This document shows, one piece after another, positions 9,454-19,512 of a stretch of DNA of 64,000 nt; positions within the stretch are counted from its first letter, which is position 1; each line of letters opens with the position of its first letter. The notes below the pieces were generated by a model. The model saw only the letters and a list, made by a program, of their open reading frames with translations, had not been told where the DNA came from and searched no databases. The DNA is from a virus, in IMG/VR virus record IMGVR_UViG_3300018063_000012, positions 1-64,000 of that record, one strand, 5' to 3'. Position numbers and translations under genes: made by a program.

Positions 9454-11355
9454 TTGAGTAAAAAATATTATATTCGTCATATCGCCGGAGATGATTCGAA
9501 TAGCGGACTATCACCATCAACAGCTTGGAGGACCTTCCTCAACGTCAATAAGTCCGATTCCCCACTCATCCCCGGCGATACTGTTTATGTAGGTTCCGGA
9601 GCATATCACGGAGATAACGTGATAGATACTAATGGCCAGATATATCCAACGAAGATATTCGGAGGAGCGGTTCATTTTATTGCCGACATATCAGGAGATT
9701 TTACAGGGGATGGCGGAGAAGTATCAATCCAGCAACTTAACTATATTGACTATCTTACATTCGATGGATTTACTGTGCAGTTTCAATCAGATAGCACTGC
9801 CGGAGGAGGGTCGGGAACGGCTATAGATTTAAAGATTGAGAACTGTATTTTTATTAGCGGGATACGCATAACCCGCCCAACAGGGATAGCTACATTTAGA
9901 AATAATATAGTTGGATTAAAATTCGCCTTCGGATCTATCGCTGCAGGAGATAGCTTAGCAGTGTCTTTTCTAGGTGGAAACCGTGCCATTGAGGCAGAAA
10001 AACATTATTCAGAAGATCCAGATGCCGGTAAATTTATATGTGAATTTAATACTATATACTCACCGAGCGAGAATACCGGACGAGCATTCAGTTGCTTTGT
10101 TCAAACAAATAATAAATATATAAATCCAGATGGGATGTGGTTTAAGAATAATTTGATAATTAACACAGCCCCAGCCAGGACAGCATATATGATGTTTTGG
10201 GAACCCCAAAGAGCAGAAGACTGGGACTGGAACTGGCACATTGATAATAACTTCTACGCATATGGAAATTTTAATGGTAAGTTCGCAGAGCTGTTATTTT
10301 TCTTTGAAACCTCACCATTTGACTTTACATTTGCCGAATTTGATGATTGGCAGTTCGCTACCATAAGTCCCGATAGTTACGGATTTGTAGGAACCGGGGA
10401 TTCAAATGGAAGTCAAGGAGACCCTTTGTTTGACTCGGATGGGCGTCATATAACAATTAATTCACCGGTGATTAATGAGGCATATATAGTTGGAAATGCG
10501 AAAGATTTTGAAGGAGATTCACGAGGGAACGATTTTCAAGATATAGGAGCAGATGAGTTCTTAAATGAACCGCCAGGAGATAACTATATCTTTACATCAA
10601 AGATTTACGGACATATTTCGGATAATTTTGTTCCTAACAAAGCATACTTTAAGTTTGATTTCTTTGTGTATCCTAACGACTGGATTCGTCTATTAGCTTC
10701 TTGGAATGGCGGATATCGATGGTGGGAAATTGTAAATACTAATACTAATAAATTCTTGCTTGAAGAAGAACTTACGATTCCCGGTAGTGTTAGAGGGCGG
10801 AACTTTATATTTAAGGTAGAGATATTCCAGCACGCTTCTAACAGAGGGATTCCTGATTTTGGTGTAGAGGATATGTCTAAGCTACGCACAGAGCTAGTCA
10901 CGCAGGAAGATATCCAGGAGAACCTAAAGCCTGGGATGGAGTTGGACTTCTGGTCTATTCAATTCCCGGGAGAACGGGCCGCAACTGTAATAGTAGATAA
11001 GTATGGCAACTTTCGCACCTACGTATGGCCGGGTAGCTATCGGGTGAAAATGGTCGGCGGAGGTAAGTTAGCAGGGAAGGAAGTCATAGTTGCTAAAGGA
11101 TTCTCTGATACCTTTGCACGATTCGGCCAACCGAGTTGCATGCATCCCCAGCAATATAATTGGTCAGATTTTGAGCAACAGTTTATGGGTATCGAATGGG
11201 CGCAGTTCGGAGTGATGGAGCTATTTAATAACGAAGACGGTCGATTGAATCCTGAACCAGCACCTCTGCCAGCTTTGGTCCGGTGCGGTAAGGTAGTGAA
11301 AGGGCAGACAGGTAGTCGAATGGTCTTCATGGCGTGCAATCCAACTCTTAAATGA
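9454..11355 (+). CDS. Putative virion protein with pectin-lyase-like beta-helix (paralog 1)
   Basis: YY...GDDSNSGLSPSTAWRT...PGDTVYVGSGAY; F.NN repeats; SP.IN...DIGADE. Confidence 0.65.
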   Translation: MSKKYYIRHIAGDDSNSGLSPSTAWRTFLNVNKSDSPLIPGDTVYVGSGAYHGDNVIDTNGQIYPTKIFGGAVHFIADISGDFTGDGGEVSIQQLNYIDYLTFDGFTVQFQSDSTAGGGSGTAIDLKIENCIFISGIRITRPTGIATFRNNIVGLKFAFGSIAAGDSLAVSFLGGNRAIEAEKHYSEDPDAGKFICEFNTIYSPSENTGRAFSCFVQTNNKYINPDGMWFKNNLIINTAPARTAYMMFWEPQRAEDWDWNWHIDNNFYAYGNFNGKFAELLFFFETSPFDFTFAEFDDWQFATISPDSYGFVGTGDSNGSQGDPLFDSDGRHITINSPVINEAYIVGNAKDFEGDSRGNDFQDIGADEFLNEPPGDNYIFTSKIYGHISDNFVPNKAYFKFDFFVYPNDWIRLLASWNGGYRWWEIVNTNTNKFLLEEELTIPGSVRGRNFIFKVEIFQHASNRGIPDFGVEDMSKLRTELVTQEDIQENLKPGMELDFWSIQFPGERAATVIVDKYGNFRTYVWPGSYRVKMVGGGKLAGKEVIVAKGFSDTFARFGQPSCMHPQQYNWSDFEQQFMGIEWAQFGVMELFNNEDGRLNPEPAPLPALVRCGKVVKGQTGSRMVFMACNPTLK

Positions 11356-11492
11356 AAAATAAAGAAGACTTACGAGAATTGTGTAAATGCGGACACCAAA
11401 AACAAGACCATCACTATTACGATGGATTCGGTTTCTGTGATTGTGGAAAGTGTTTCTGTTTTAAATTTAGACGACTAAGGAATAAAAGATGA
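11352..11492 (+). CDS. Small Zn-finger protein (46 aa, not in ORF track)
   Basis: CKCGH...H...CDCGKCFC; coupled by ATGA overlaps on both sides. Confidence 0.55.
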   Translation: MKNKEDLRELCKCGHQKQDHHYYDGFGFCDCGKCFCFKFRRLRNKR

Positions 11493-12085
11493 CTTACAAC
11501 CCTATTCAATTCTGGCATGAGAAGGCACGCTGGTATTTAAGTCAACTAAATCTTTGGGATGTGCAGGATCCCCATAAAGACGAAGAAAAAAAGTTCCTGT
11601 CTGACTTAATGAAAGAAAGGAATAGACAAACTGTTTTAGAAGTTGGGTGCGGGGTAGGAAAGAATATAGCATACTTAAAGCGATACAATAAAGAGGCGAC
11701 TTTCACCGGGATGGATATATCCGCACCGATACTAAACCAAGCACGACTAGGATTAAACGGAAGTGGGATGTGTGTCAATGGGATTAAGCTAGTGCAAGGA
11801 GATAGCCGGTCTCTTCCGTTTAAGAGTGGGAGCTTTGATCTGGTCTTCACAAGGGTATGTTTTATGCATATCCCTGCCGATAATGCAGAAATGGCACTAA
11901 AAGAATTGCTTAGGGTAGGAAATAATTGTATTATGATAGAAACCATAGGAACATTTGAACACGATTTTACTATAAATCACGACTATAAGGAATTAGCCCA
12001 AAGAGTAAATGCGTCATTAATTGAGTACGCAAGACGAAAATTAGATAAAAATTTTGAGAGAGTGATAATGGAGATTGTAAAATGA
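11489..12085 (+). CDS. Class I SAM-dependent methyltransferase
   Basis: VLEVGCGVG, GMDIS, GD..SLPF..GSFDLVFT...MHI. Confidence 0.88.
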   Translation: MTYNPIQFWHEKARWYLSQLNLWDVQDPHKDEEKKFLSDLMKERNRQTVLEVGCGVGKNIAYLKRYNKEATFTGMDISAPILNQARLGLNGSGMCVNGIKLVQGDSRSLPFKSGSFDLVFTRVCFMHIPADNAEMALKELLRVGNNCIMIETIGTFEHDFTINHDYKELAQRVNASLIEYARRKLDKNFERVIMEIVK

Positions 12086-12492
12086 TTAAAAAGTGCGGTG
12101 AGTGTGAAAGAGAGTTAGACGTTATAAATTTTTCTAAAGATAAAACCCGTTCAGATGGACTACAAAATAGATGTAAGCAGTGCCAATCTGAAATTGGAAT
12201 TCAGACGAGAGCAGGAGAATTATATAGAGAGAAGAGATTCCTAATGAAATTTGGAATAAACTACCAAACTCAACTTAAAAAACAAAATGGTATCTGCGAT
12301 GTTTGTCATCAACCACCAGAAGAAAATGAACGACTAGTAGGTGACCACGACCACTTGACTGATAATTTTAGAGCATTGATACATAAAAGACATAATTCAG
12401 TATTAGGTTTTGCGAGTGATTCATTATCCGAACTTAGACTATGTTTAATTTATCTTGAAAAGTTCGAGCGTGTCATTATGGAGATTGGATGA
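12082..12492 (+). CDS. HNH endonuclease, endonuclease VII-like (free-standing homing endonuclease)
   Basis: N-terminal CxxC..CxxC, Q.G.C.VC, DHDH...RAL....N..LG. Confidence 0.8.
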   Translation: MIKKCGECERELDVINFSKDKTRSDGLQNRCKQCQSEIGIQTRAGELYREKRFLMKFGINYQTQLKKQNGICDVCHQPPEENERLVGDHDHLTDNFRALIHKRHNSVLGFASDSLSELRLCLIYLEKFERVIMEIG

Positions 12493-14300
12493 GCGTATAT
12501 TATATTACACTAACCGGAGATAATTCTAACGACGGACTGTCTATCGGAAATGCTTGGCGTGATTTTAATCCTGTCAATAAAGTAGCATCAGTAGTCGTCG
12601 CTGGAGATACTGTTTATGTAAAGACAGGAGATTATACCGGGCAGGCAGGTACGGACGGATACGCGAATCCTCGTAACGCAGGAACATTCGGAAGTCGAAT
12701 TACTATCTGGGGAGATAAGAATGGGATTATCTTCGGAGGCGCTGGCGGGGACGCTATAGTGACTGGCCACGATGACAGTAGCGGTGGGTCCCCAAGCTAT
12801 ATTACTTTTGTTGGACTAAAATTTACTAATACTATTAGCTGTGTTCATAATGAGCTTGGGATTATCGCCAAAGCTTGCGAGATAAACCTGCGATTTAACA
12901 GCAACGGTAATTTTAAACTCATCAGTTGTGTAATTGGCAAAGGGCAAACAACCAATACTACAGTGATAGATTTTACATTATATCTTAGTCTGGAAGCTGA
13001 GATATATAACTGTACTATTTACTCAAGTACTAATAGCGGCACAAGCGCAGATATGATAAAGGAAATTCCTACTGGTGGAGCACCGGTATCTAACTTTATT
13101 AAATTCTATAACAACATTTTAATTCGGCGTAATAATAGATATGTATTTAATTTCGATATTCCTATTGAAGCTGACTGGAATGCGAACTGGTTCTGGGACT
13201 ATAACTTTTATCAATATGAAAACCAAGTATTCGACTTAGGGACAATTTTTATTGATACCCCAATTCAAACTTTTAATGTGCAGACTTTAGAAGATTTGCA
13301 GAATGGGATAAATAATATACTACCAAAAGATATACTTGGCCAGAAGGGTGACCCTTTCCTCGATCCAGACGGGATTCATTTACTGACTAATTCACCCTGT
13401 TATAATACAGCATTGGAAATTGCAGATGTAAATGTCGATATTGATTTGGGTCCGCGCAATGTCTTCTTCGTTTCAGACCGTGGCGCAGATGAAATAAAGC
13501 CAGATAGTGCCGACTATACTTACTACGGATTTACATCAGTTGTCTATCCTACTTGGACAGATGGGGCGGGAAATCCAGAGAGATGCACTATTGTATTAGA
13601 TGCCTTTCCGGATATAGCAGATAACGTAAGAGTGAAAGTATCCTTTAATGGTGGATCCAGCTGGCTAACTTTGGTAGATGCTCTGGAAGGGATAAGTTAC
13701 GTAGGAAAGACATTTCCGATTCCGGCACCAGATAGAGGTTCCTCATTGCAGTTTCGATTGGAGATAGGTGTATACATAGGGAATGCGACAAAAGGTGATG
13801 TCGGGACTAACTTTAATGTTGATACTGAAACCTTTAACGAGGACATAATTCGGGAACAGTTTCCACCTGGCACAGAGTTAGACGTGTTTGATTTGGGCGG
13901 TAATCTGATGGCTAAATTGACATCGGGGAGTATTCGGCAATATAAGGTCTTCCTGCCACCCGGAAGTTATACTGTAAGAGCAAAGGGCGGAGGATTCTTC
14001 GGCGAGCGTATTCGGCAGATAACACTTGGACATAGCTCTTGGTTCGGGCGATATGCTTTCCGGGTATCCGAAATCTGGAAACAGTTCTACAGGAGCCGAG
14101 GCTTGGCAACCTTTAACGGAGTGAATTGGACAACATTCGCTTGTGAGGATACTTTTGATGACCAGACAAGGCGGACACTTCCAGATTCTTATTATGGGAG
14201 CAATCTTCTAGTGGTAAGAGAAGGCAAATTATTGAAGTCACATAGTGCTATCGACTATATAATGTTAATGACAGATCCTTCGGTGATACAAGGACTATGA
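12489..14300 (+). CDS. Putative virion protein with beta-helix (paralog 2)
   Basis: GDNSNDGLSIGNAWR...AGDTVYV; GDPFLDPDG.H...SP..N; DRGADE; collinear with 9454-11355. Confidence 0.65.
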   Translation: MSVYYITLTGDNSNDGLSIGNAWRDFNPVNKVASVVVAGDTVYVKTGDYTGQAGTDGYANPRNAGTFGSRITIWGDKNGIIFGGAGGDAIVTGHDDSSGGSPSYITFVGLKFTNTISCVHNELGIIAKACEINLRFNSNGNFKLISCVIGKGQTTNTTVIDFTLYLSLEAEIYNCTIYSSTNSGTSADMIKEIPTGGAPVSNFIKFYNNILIRRNNRYVFNFDIPIEADWNANWFWDYNFYQYENQVFDLGTIFIDTPIQTFNVQTLEDLQNGINNILPKDILGQKGDPFLDPDGIHLLTNSPCYNTALEIADVNVDIDLGPRNVFFVSDRGADEIKPDSADYTYYGFTSVVYPTWTDGAGNPERCTIVLDAFPDIADNVRVKVSFNGGSSWLTLVDALEGISYVGKTFPIPAPDRGSSLQFRLEIGVYIGNATKGDVGTNFNVDTETFNEDIIREQFPPGTELDVFDLGGNLMAKLTSGSIRQYKVFLPPGSYTVRAKGGGFFGERIRQITLGHSSWFGRYAFRVSEIWKQFYRSRGLATFNGVNWTTFACEDTFDDQTRRTLPDSYYGSNLLVVREGKLLKSHSAIDYIMLMTDPSVIQGL

Positions 14301-14301
14301 T

Positions 14302-14742
14302 ATGAATAAAGTGTGTTCAAAATGTAAGGAAGAAAAGAATGTTATTAATTTTGATGTCAATAACCTCGGTGGTAAATTAAATAGACATTCTATTTGTAAA
14401 GAATGCAAAAGTAGATATATAAAACAGTATAGAAAGACACACGATAAAGAATTTAAACGCAGGAATCAAGAGTATAGAATAAAACTAAAGTTAGAAGTAT
14501 TAACTCATTATTGTAATGGAAAACCTTATTGTCAGTGTATAGGATGTAATATTACTGATATAGAGTTCCTGACTATTGACCACTGTAATGGAGACGGCGC
14601 TAAACATCGAAGAGGTATGACTGTGAATTTTTATAATTGGTTAAAAACGACAGGGTATCCAAAAGAGTATAGAGTATTATGCTGGAACTGTAACTGTGTG
14701 CGACGGTTTAATAATCAATGTCCACATCAGAGAACCAGATAA
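14302..14742 (+). CDS. HNH endonuclease-like protein
   Basis: CSKC..CKEC, LTIDH..GDG..HRR, VLCWNCN. Confidence 0.75.
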   Translation: MNKVCSKCKEEKNVINFDVNNLGGKLNRHSICKECKSRYIKQYRKTHDKEFKRRNQEYRIKLKLEVLTHYCNGKPYCQCIGCNITDIEFLTIDHCNGDGAKHRRGMTVNFYNWLKTTGYPKEYRVLCWNCNCVRRFNNQCPHQRTR

Positions 14743-14755
14743 AAAGGAGAGTAAG

Positions 14756-15280
14756 ATGAATATTCACGCAAAGATTTTTTCCTTCTCCGCAGTGGAAACT
14801 GCGGCTTTGGCTTTATGGCTGTCGATACTTGGTCCGGTTGGATTACTGATAATGGACATTGGATTATCAATCGAACACTGGATGAGCTACAATACTAATC
14901 GAGGTAAGAAGCTGTTTAATTTGAAGGATGTGCCATTCGGAAAGATTATCGCCTTTTCAACCAGTGAGACAGCAATCTGGGCCCTTTGGTTACTAGTTTT
15001 CCAAGCATACGGATTTATCGCCGGAGCTATATTCCTAACTGCATTACTGATTCCACAGCATAAGATTGAATTGAATGTTGTAGAGAAAAAACCATTCTTC
15101 CATCAGCTTTTGTCAGGACGGACTGTGGTGATTTCAGCTATCGAAGGAATTGGCGGGACTCTCTGGGGAGCAGTGGCACAGCAAGCTGGAACGATAGCAG
15201 AGAAGGTTGCGGCCGTATTAGTGTTATTGATAGTGATGCAGGTTGAACATGAAGAGCAGGCAGAGGAGATTCGGACGTAG
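14756..15280 (+). CDS. Integral membrane protein with internal duplication
   Basis: Repeated FS..ETA..ALWL...G motif and EH motifs; SD aggag before MNIHAK. Confidence 0.6.
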   Translation: MNIHAKIFSFSAVETAALALWLSILGPVGLLIMDIGLSIEHWMSYNTNRGKKLFNLKDVPFGKIIAFSTSETAIWALWLLVFQAYGFIAGAIFLTALLIPQHKIELNVVEKKPFFHQLLSGRTVVISAIEGIGGTLWGAVAQQAGTIAEKVAAVLVLLIVMQVEHEEQAEEIRT

Positions 15281-15281
15281 T

Positions 15282-15677
15282 ATGGCACTATTTCCTCAAC
15301 TTCCTATCTGGACAAAGACAGAAGAGCACTTCTATGAGAAGATTGCTAGATCCGGACTATCAATAGCATTTGCTATAGAACAAGCACAGATGAATGGATA
15401 TCCTAAACGCTCTGATGAAGAGGTAGAGCGTCATTTTATATATAGACGACTTCCGTGGAAGTTGATTGCCAATACTTCGTATATGCCATATAAAGATGAA
15501 GAAGTCGAAGTGATGGATGACGCACCCAGTCTGGAACAAGGAGTAGATTTGACTGGCGGAGTTACAAGAGAGAGTAGGGAAAACTTCGACGGGAATATGG
15601 GTAGTAGTATTAATATGGGTAATGACCCGAGTATGGGAGAAGAACCTAACTTCGGAAATAAGAGGCGCAAGAAATGA
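15282..15677 (+). CDS. Hypothetical protein
   Basis: ORF starting MALFPQ right after upstream stop. Confidence 0.55.
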   Translation: MALFPQLPIWTKTEEHFYEKIARSGLSIAFAIEQAQMNGYPKRSDEEVERHFIYRRLPWKLIANTSYMPYKDEEVEVMDDAPSLEQGVDLTGGVTRESRENFDGNMGSSINMGNDPSMGEEPNFGNKRRKK

Positions 15678-15982
15678 CTTGGACAGACGAAGCCCGTAGA
15701 GCATCCGCTTTAGCACGTAGAGGTATAAAGCTAAATCCAAAGACCCCAAAACAAAATAAAGGTTTATTCCAACGAAAGCCATTTATTAATCCTCCGGGTC
15801 AGAAAAGGAAAACTTGGAAGCAGAGAAATACAGATGTTCTGAGAACTATGAAAACAAGCACTGTTAGGGGAGAAGTAAAAAGATTAAAATCAAAATATCC
15901 AAAACCCAGTAAATATGTTAAAAGAAATATTAAAAGATGGGAAAGAATTCTGAGGATAAAAGAATCAATAGGAGCTAAATAA
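15674..15982 (+). CDS. Basic 'MAW-tag' family protein (dispersed copy)
   Basis: MTWTDEARRASALARRG + K/R-rich body. Confidence 0.75.
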   Translation: MTWTDEARRASALARRGIKLNPKTPKQNKGLFQRKPFINPPGQKRKTWKQRNTDVLRTMKTSTVRGEVKRLKSKYPKPSKYVKRNIKRWERILRIKESIGAK

Positions 15983-18743
15983 TGACTTGTATTAAATGTA
16001 AAAGAGAAGGAGCGGTGCGACTATCCCAATCATAATTCAACGTGTAGACCGTTCATTTAAAAAGGTTAAGTTAGATACGGAATTTATAGCACAGCCGGAT
16101 ACTCTGCAGACAGTTACGACTAATGGGAACTTCACTGATGAGAGCATTTTCGTCGAGGATTTGTATCTAAACCAGAATGGGCCGGATGCAACATCTAATA
16201 TATTCTTTTGGGACGGATCCGCCCAAGCCGGACAATATTTGCGTTGGCTGGACGCCGCATCACGATTTGAATTTAGCACTAAACTTCGGGCGCTCGGTGA
16301 ACTTGAAACCAATGCAAACTTAGCACTTAACATCGATGCAGGAGATGCAGATTCTGTAATTACTTTCTATAAACCTACATCCGGAACGCAGACACTTCGA
16401 TGGGATAAGACCAATTTTTACTTCAAATTCGACGCAAAACTTTTTATTGATGGGGATTTGGAAGTTACAGGTGATTTGACCGTAGGTGGAAGCGGACTAA
16501 CTCTACAGGCAGTAACGGATGCAGGAAATGAGACAAATCACGATGTCAAGATAGAAAACTTATATATTAATTTTAACGGTGGAATATTTAATATTTCAGA
16601 TGTCGGATATAAGTCTAACGATACAACTCCACCATCAGGTGGTCCTACTTCTTGGGGATATACTGGAATGCACGATGGGGATTTAACTACTCAAGTTATT
16701 GCCGCCGGGGCTGATAAAGATTCCGTATATATTGATTTAGGTGCCGCACAACTTGTTGATAAACTTCGGCATTATGATAACCGATCGGAAGATGGGATAT
16801 ATGGCGGCGGTGGATTTGACCACTACGCAGTTTACTATAGTGCAGACGGAACTACTTGGACATTACTAGAGGATTTTAATCCAGTAACCAGAACAGCAGG
16901 AACTGGATACCACTATGTCGAAGTTACACTATCTACACCTACGAGTGCAAGATACTGGAAACTGCATTGTCCAGAAAACGCTTTAGCTGGCGGAGTAGGC
17001 ACACAGTTAAATCATACTGAAGTTAGGGCATTAGGATCCGGAGGATCTGATTCTGATTCATATATTTACTTTTGGGAAGGTGATTCCCAAACTGGAGCTT
17101 ATTTGCAATGGGATAATACTAATACTAGATTTAAGATGAGTCATGGGTTGTATGTTACTGGTCAATTAAGAGTAAATACTGATGCATATTTGAATGCGTT
17201 GCAAGCTAATGCAGATGTCGTTCTTAATTTTGGCAACGGTGACGGCGGTAATTCATCTTTGTATTTACAGAATTCAGACCATACCTTTCATATGTCTAAA
17301 TCATTATTTGTTAGTGGGTCCCAACTTGAACTAAGCGGTGCAGGATTCGCCGTAAATACTGACCATTCAAACGTTGATGTGAATCTTTCTTTGGGTGTAT
17401 TCCCTTCGGGATTCGCAACATTAAGGTGGGATACAGCCCTCTCAGCATTTAGAATTTTGAGCGGCTCAAATTTATATTTTGACGGCGGACTATTTCAATT
17501 GAATCATGGTGCAGGCGCAGGCGATGTAACTATACAGTTTCAGAAAACATCAGGTAGTCAGAATTTTAAATATAGCCAAGCAAATTCACGTTTTGAAATG
17601 GATGCTAATTTTGCTACTGTAGGAGACATAGTCCTGAATTCAGACTCCGGGAACGTGGATGTAGTACTGACATTTACTAAATCATCCGGTTCGGAAACTT
17701 TGAAATGGGTAGCGGCCAGTACTTACTTCAAATTCTCTAACAAGCTTTACGTGGCAGGAGATATACTATCAGACGGGAACCTTGAACTAAACGAAGATTT
17801 GACTGATGCGAACGTTCTGATTACTTTCTGGAAAGTCGCCCAGACAGCAGTTAACACAGGTGCATTCGCTCCTACTGCTACAGATACAGGCACCTGGACA
17901 AATGGTGCGAATGTCAAAGTCTCTGATGATGCTTGGGCGACATCTGCCGGCTTTAATCAGATAATGACATCCTCTATTTATAATCTTCCAGCGATTCCAT
18001 TTGGTTCTGTTATCGTTGGAATAGAAGTTATATTAGAAGGACAAGCATATGGAACTACAGATGCGGGTGTGGCTAATGTTGGTGTTGAACTTTCTTGGGA
18101 TGGTGGAACGTCTTTTTCTACTGGTATTAATAATGCATTCACGAATACAACTCCGGCAACAACGGCACCAACTGGAGCTAATGATTCAAATTTGACTTAC
18201 GGCGGACCTACAACTTTATTCGCCGGACATACTTGGGTTTATTCCGATTTTACCAATACTAATCTTTTTGTTAGATTTAGAAATAACGGAAATTCAGCCG
18301 CTACAACGTCCGCCGTTGATTATGTAACTATAAAAGTATACTACAAACCGCCAGCGTCCCAGGTTTTGATGTGGGATAAGACAAACCTGTGGTTTAATAT
18401 GGATAGCGCCTTGCAAATCCAAGGATCCTTTCAGGTACCATTCTATACTCGAACACAAGCAGACTATTCGACATATACACTGAATGCGACCGACTTTACA
18501 GTTTATGCGGATACGACCGCCGGGAGTATGACCGTTACTTTACCAACCGCAATCGGAATTGCCGGACGAATTTATGTAATAAAGAAAAAGGTAGCGGCAA
18601 ATACCTTGACTATAAATACGACTTCATCCCAAACAATTGATGGAGCTACTTCCTGGGCGGATACTGACCAGTATGCAACTTTAATGGTGCAGAGTGATGG
18701 GGCGAACTGGATTAAATTGTCATCGATTGGAACCTGGCTCTAA
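15982..18743 (+). CDS. Long repeat-rich tail fibre/virion protein with F5/8 (discoidin)-like domain; 5' end apparently frameshifted or non-canonical
   Basis: Repeats N.D.G..DV.LTF.K.SG..TL.W; IDLG...YS.DG.TWT...ARYWKL; C-terminal TVTLP.A...GRIYVIKK; frame open from 16002, upstream of the called TTG at 16161. Confidence 0.7.
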
Positions 18744-18796
18744 ACTGCAGAGTGATAATCCTTTGGGTATAAACAGATAACAAAAGGAGAGATAAA

Positions 18797-19072
18797 ATGG
18801 AAAAATCAGAAGCTATAAAGGTTGTAACACCAGGAACGACTCCAATGGTGCCGGGTCCGGGTAGTGCAAGAGCTGTTATGGAAACAGAGAAGGGGCCGAG
18901 TGTTAAACCAGCATCGACTAAACGCTCCGTTACGCTTATTATTAATGGAAACGAACTTGCCATGCACGTAGAGAGTATAGGGTCGATGTTCGAAGTCTAT
19001 GGTGTGTTAGTCAAAGCACTACAGGCCGTAGAACAGGAGATTAACGGCGGCAACAGTACTAAAAAGGGATAA
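18797..19072 (+). CDS. Hypothetical protein
   Basis: SD aggag + ORF. Confidence 0.55.
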   Translation: MEKSEAIKVVTPGTTPMVPGPGSARAVMETEKGPSVKPASTKRSVTLIINGNELAMHVESIGSMFEVYGVLVKALQAVEQEINGGNSTKKG

Positions 19073-19077
19073 CTATA

Positions 19078-19512
19078 ATGGCAGATAACTTCAATCTGGA
19101 AAAAGGCGGAGTAAAGGATGATAAGGAAAAACTTCGCTTCGATTTGATTCCAGTAAGGCCGCTGTTAGAAGAAGCTTGGGTATTCACGACGGGTTGCCGT
19201 AAGTATGACGACAGGAATTGGGAGAAAGGAATGCGGTGGGGCCGAGTTTTTTCTGCTCTTATGCGCCATAGCTGGAAATGGTTTTGGGGCGAGAAGTTTG
19301 ATAGAGAATGTCAAAACCCGAATTGTAAAGAGTTGCTCCCTAAAGCGGCGGCGCAGGATGCATACTTTCCTTGTCAACACTGTGGTAGCGTGATTCGTCG
19401 ATTTCATCATTTGGCCGCAGTGGCTTGGTGCGCACACGTGTTAATGGAGTATGAATTGACTCGGACGGAGTTTGATGATAGACCAAAATCAGAGGGTGAC
19501 TTGGAATGGTAG
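19078..19512 (+). CDS. dATP/dGTP diphosphohydrolase-domain (DUF5664-like) protein with Zn-ribbon insert
   Basis: G.K.D..KLRFDLIP...G..KY.DRNWEKG......AL.RH...W..GE...HL..VAW. Confidence 0.8.
   Translation: MADNFNLEKGGVKDDKEKLRFDLIPVRPLLEEAWVFTTGCRKYDDRNWEKGMRWGRVFSALMRHSWKWFWGEKFDRECQNPNCKELLPKAAAQDAYFPCQHCGSVIRRFHHLAAVAWCAHVLMEYELTRTEFDDRPKSEGDLEW

Noticed and set aside
19078-19512. Z-base (2-aminoadenine) genome
   Set aside because: No purZ in the window, and the presence of adenine methyltransferases argues against full adenine replacement.
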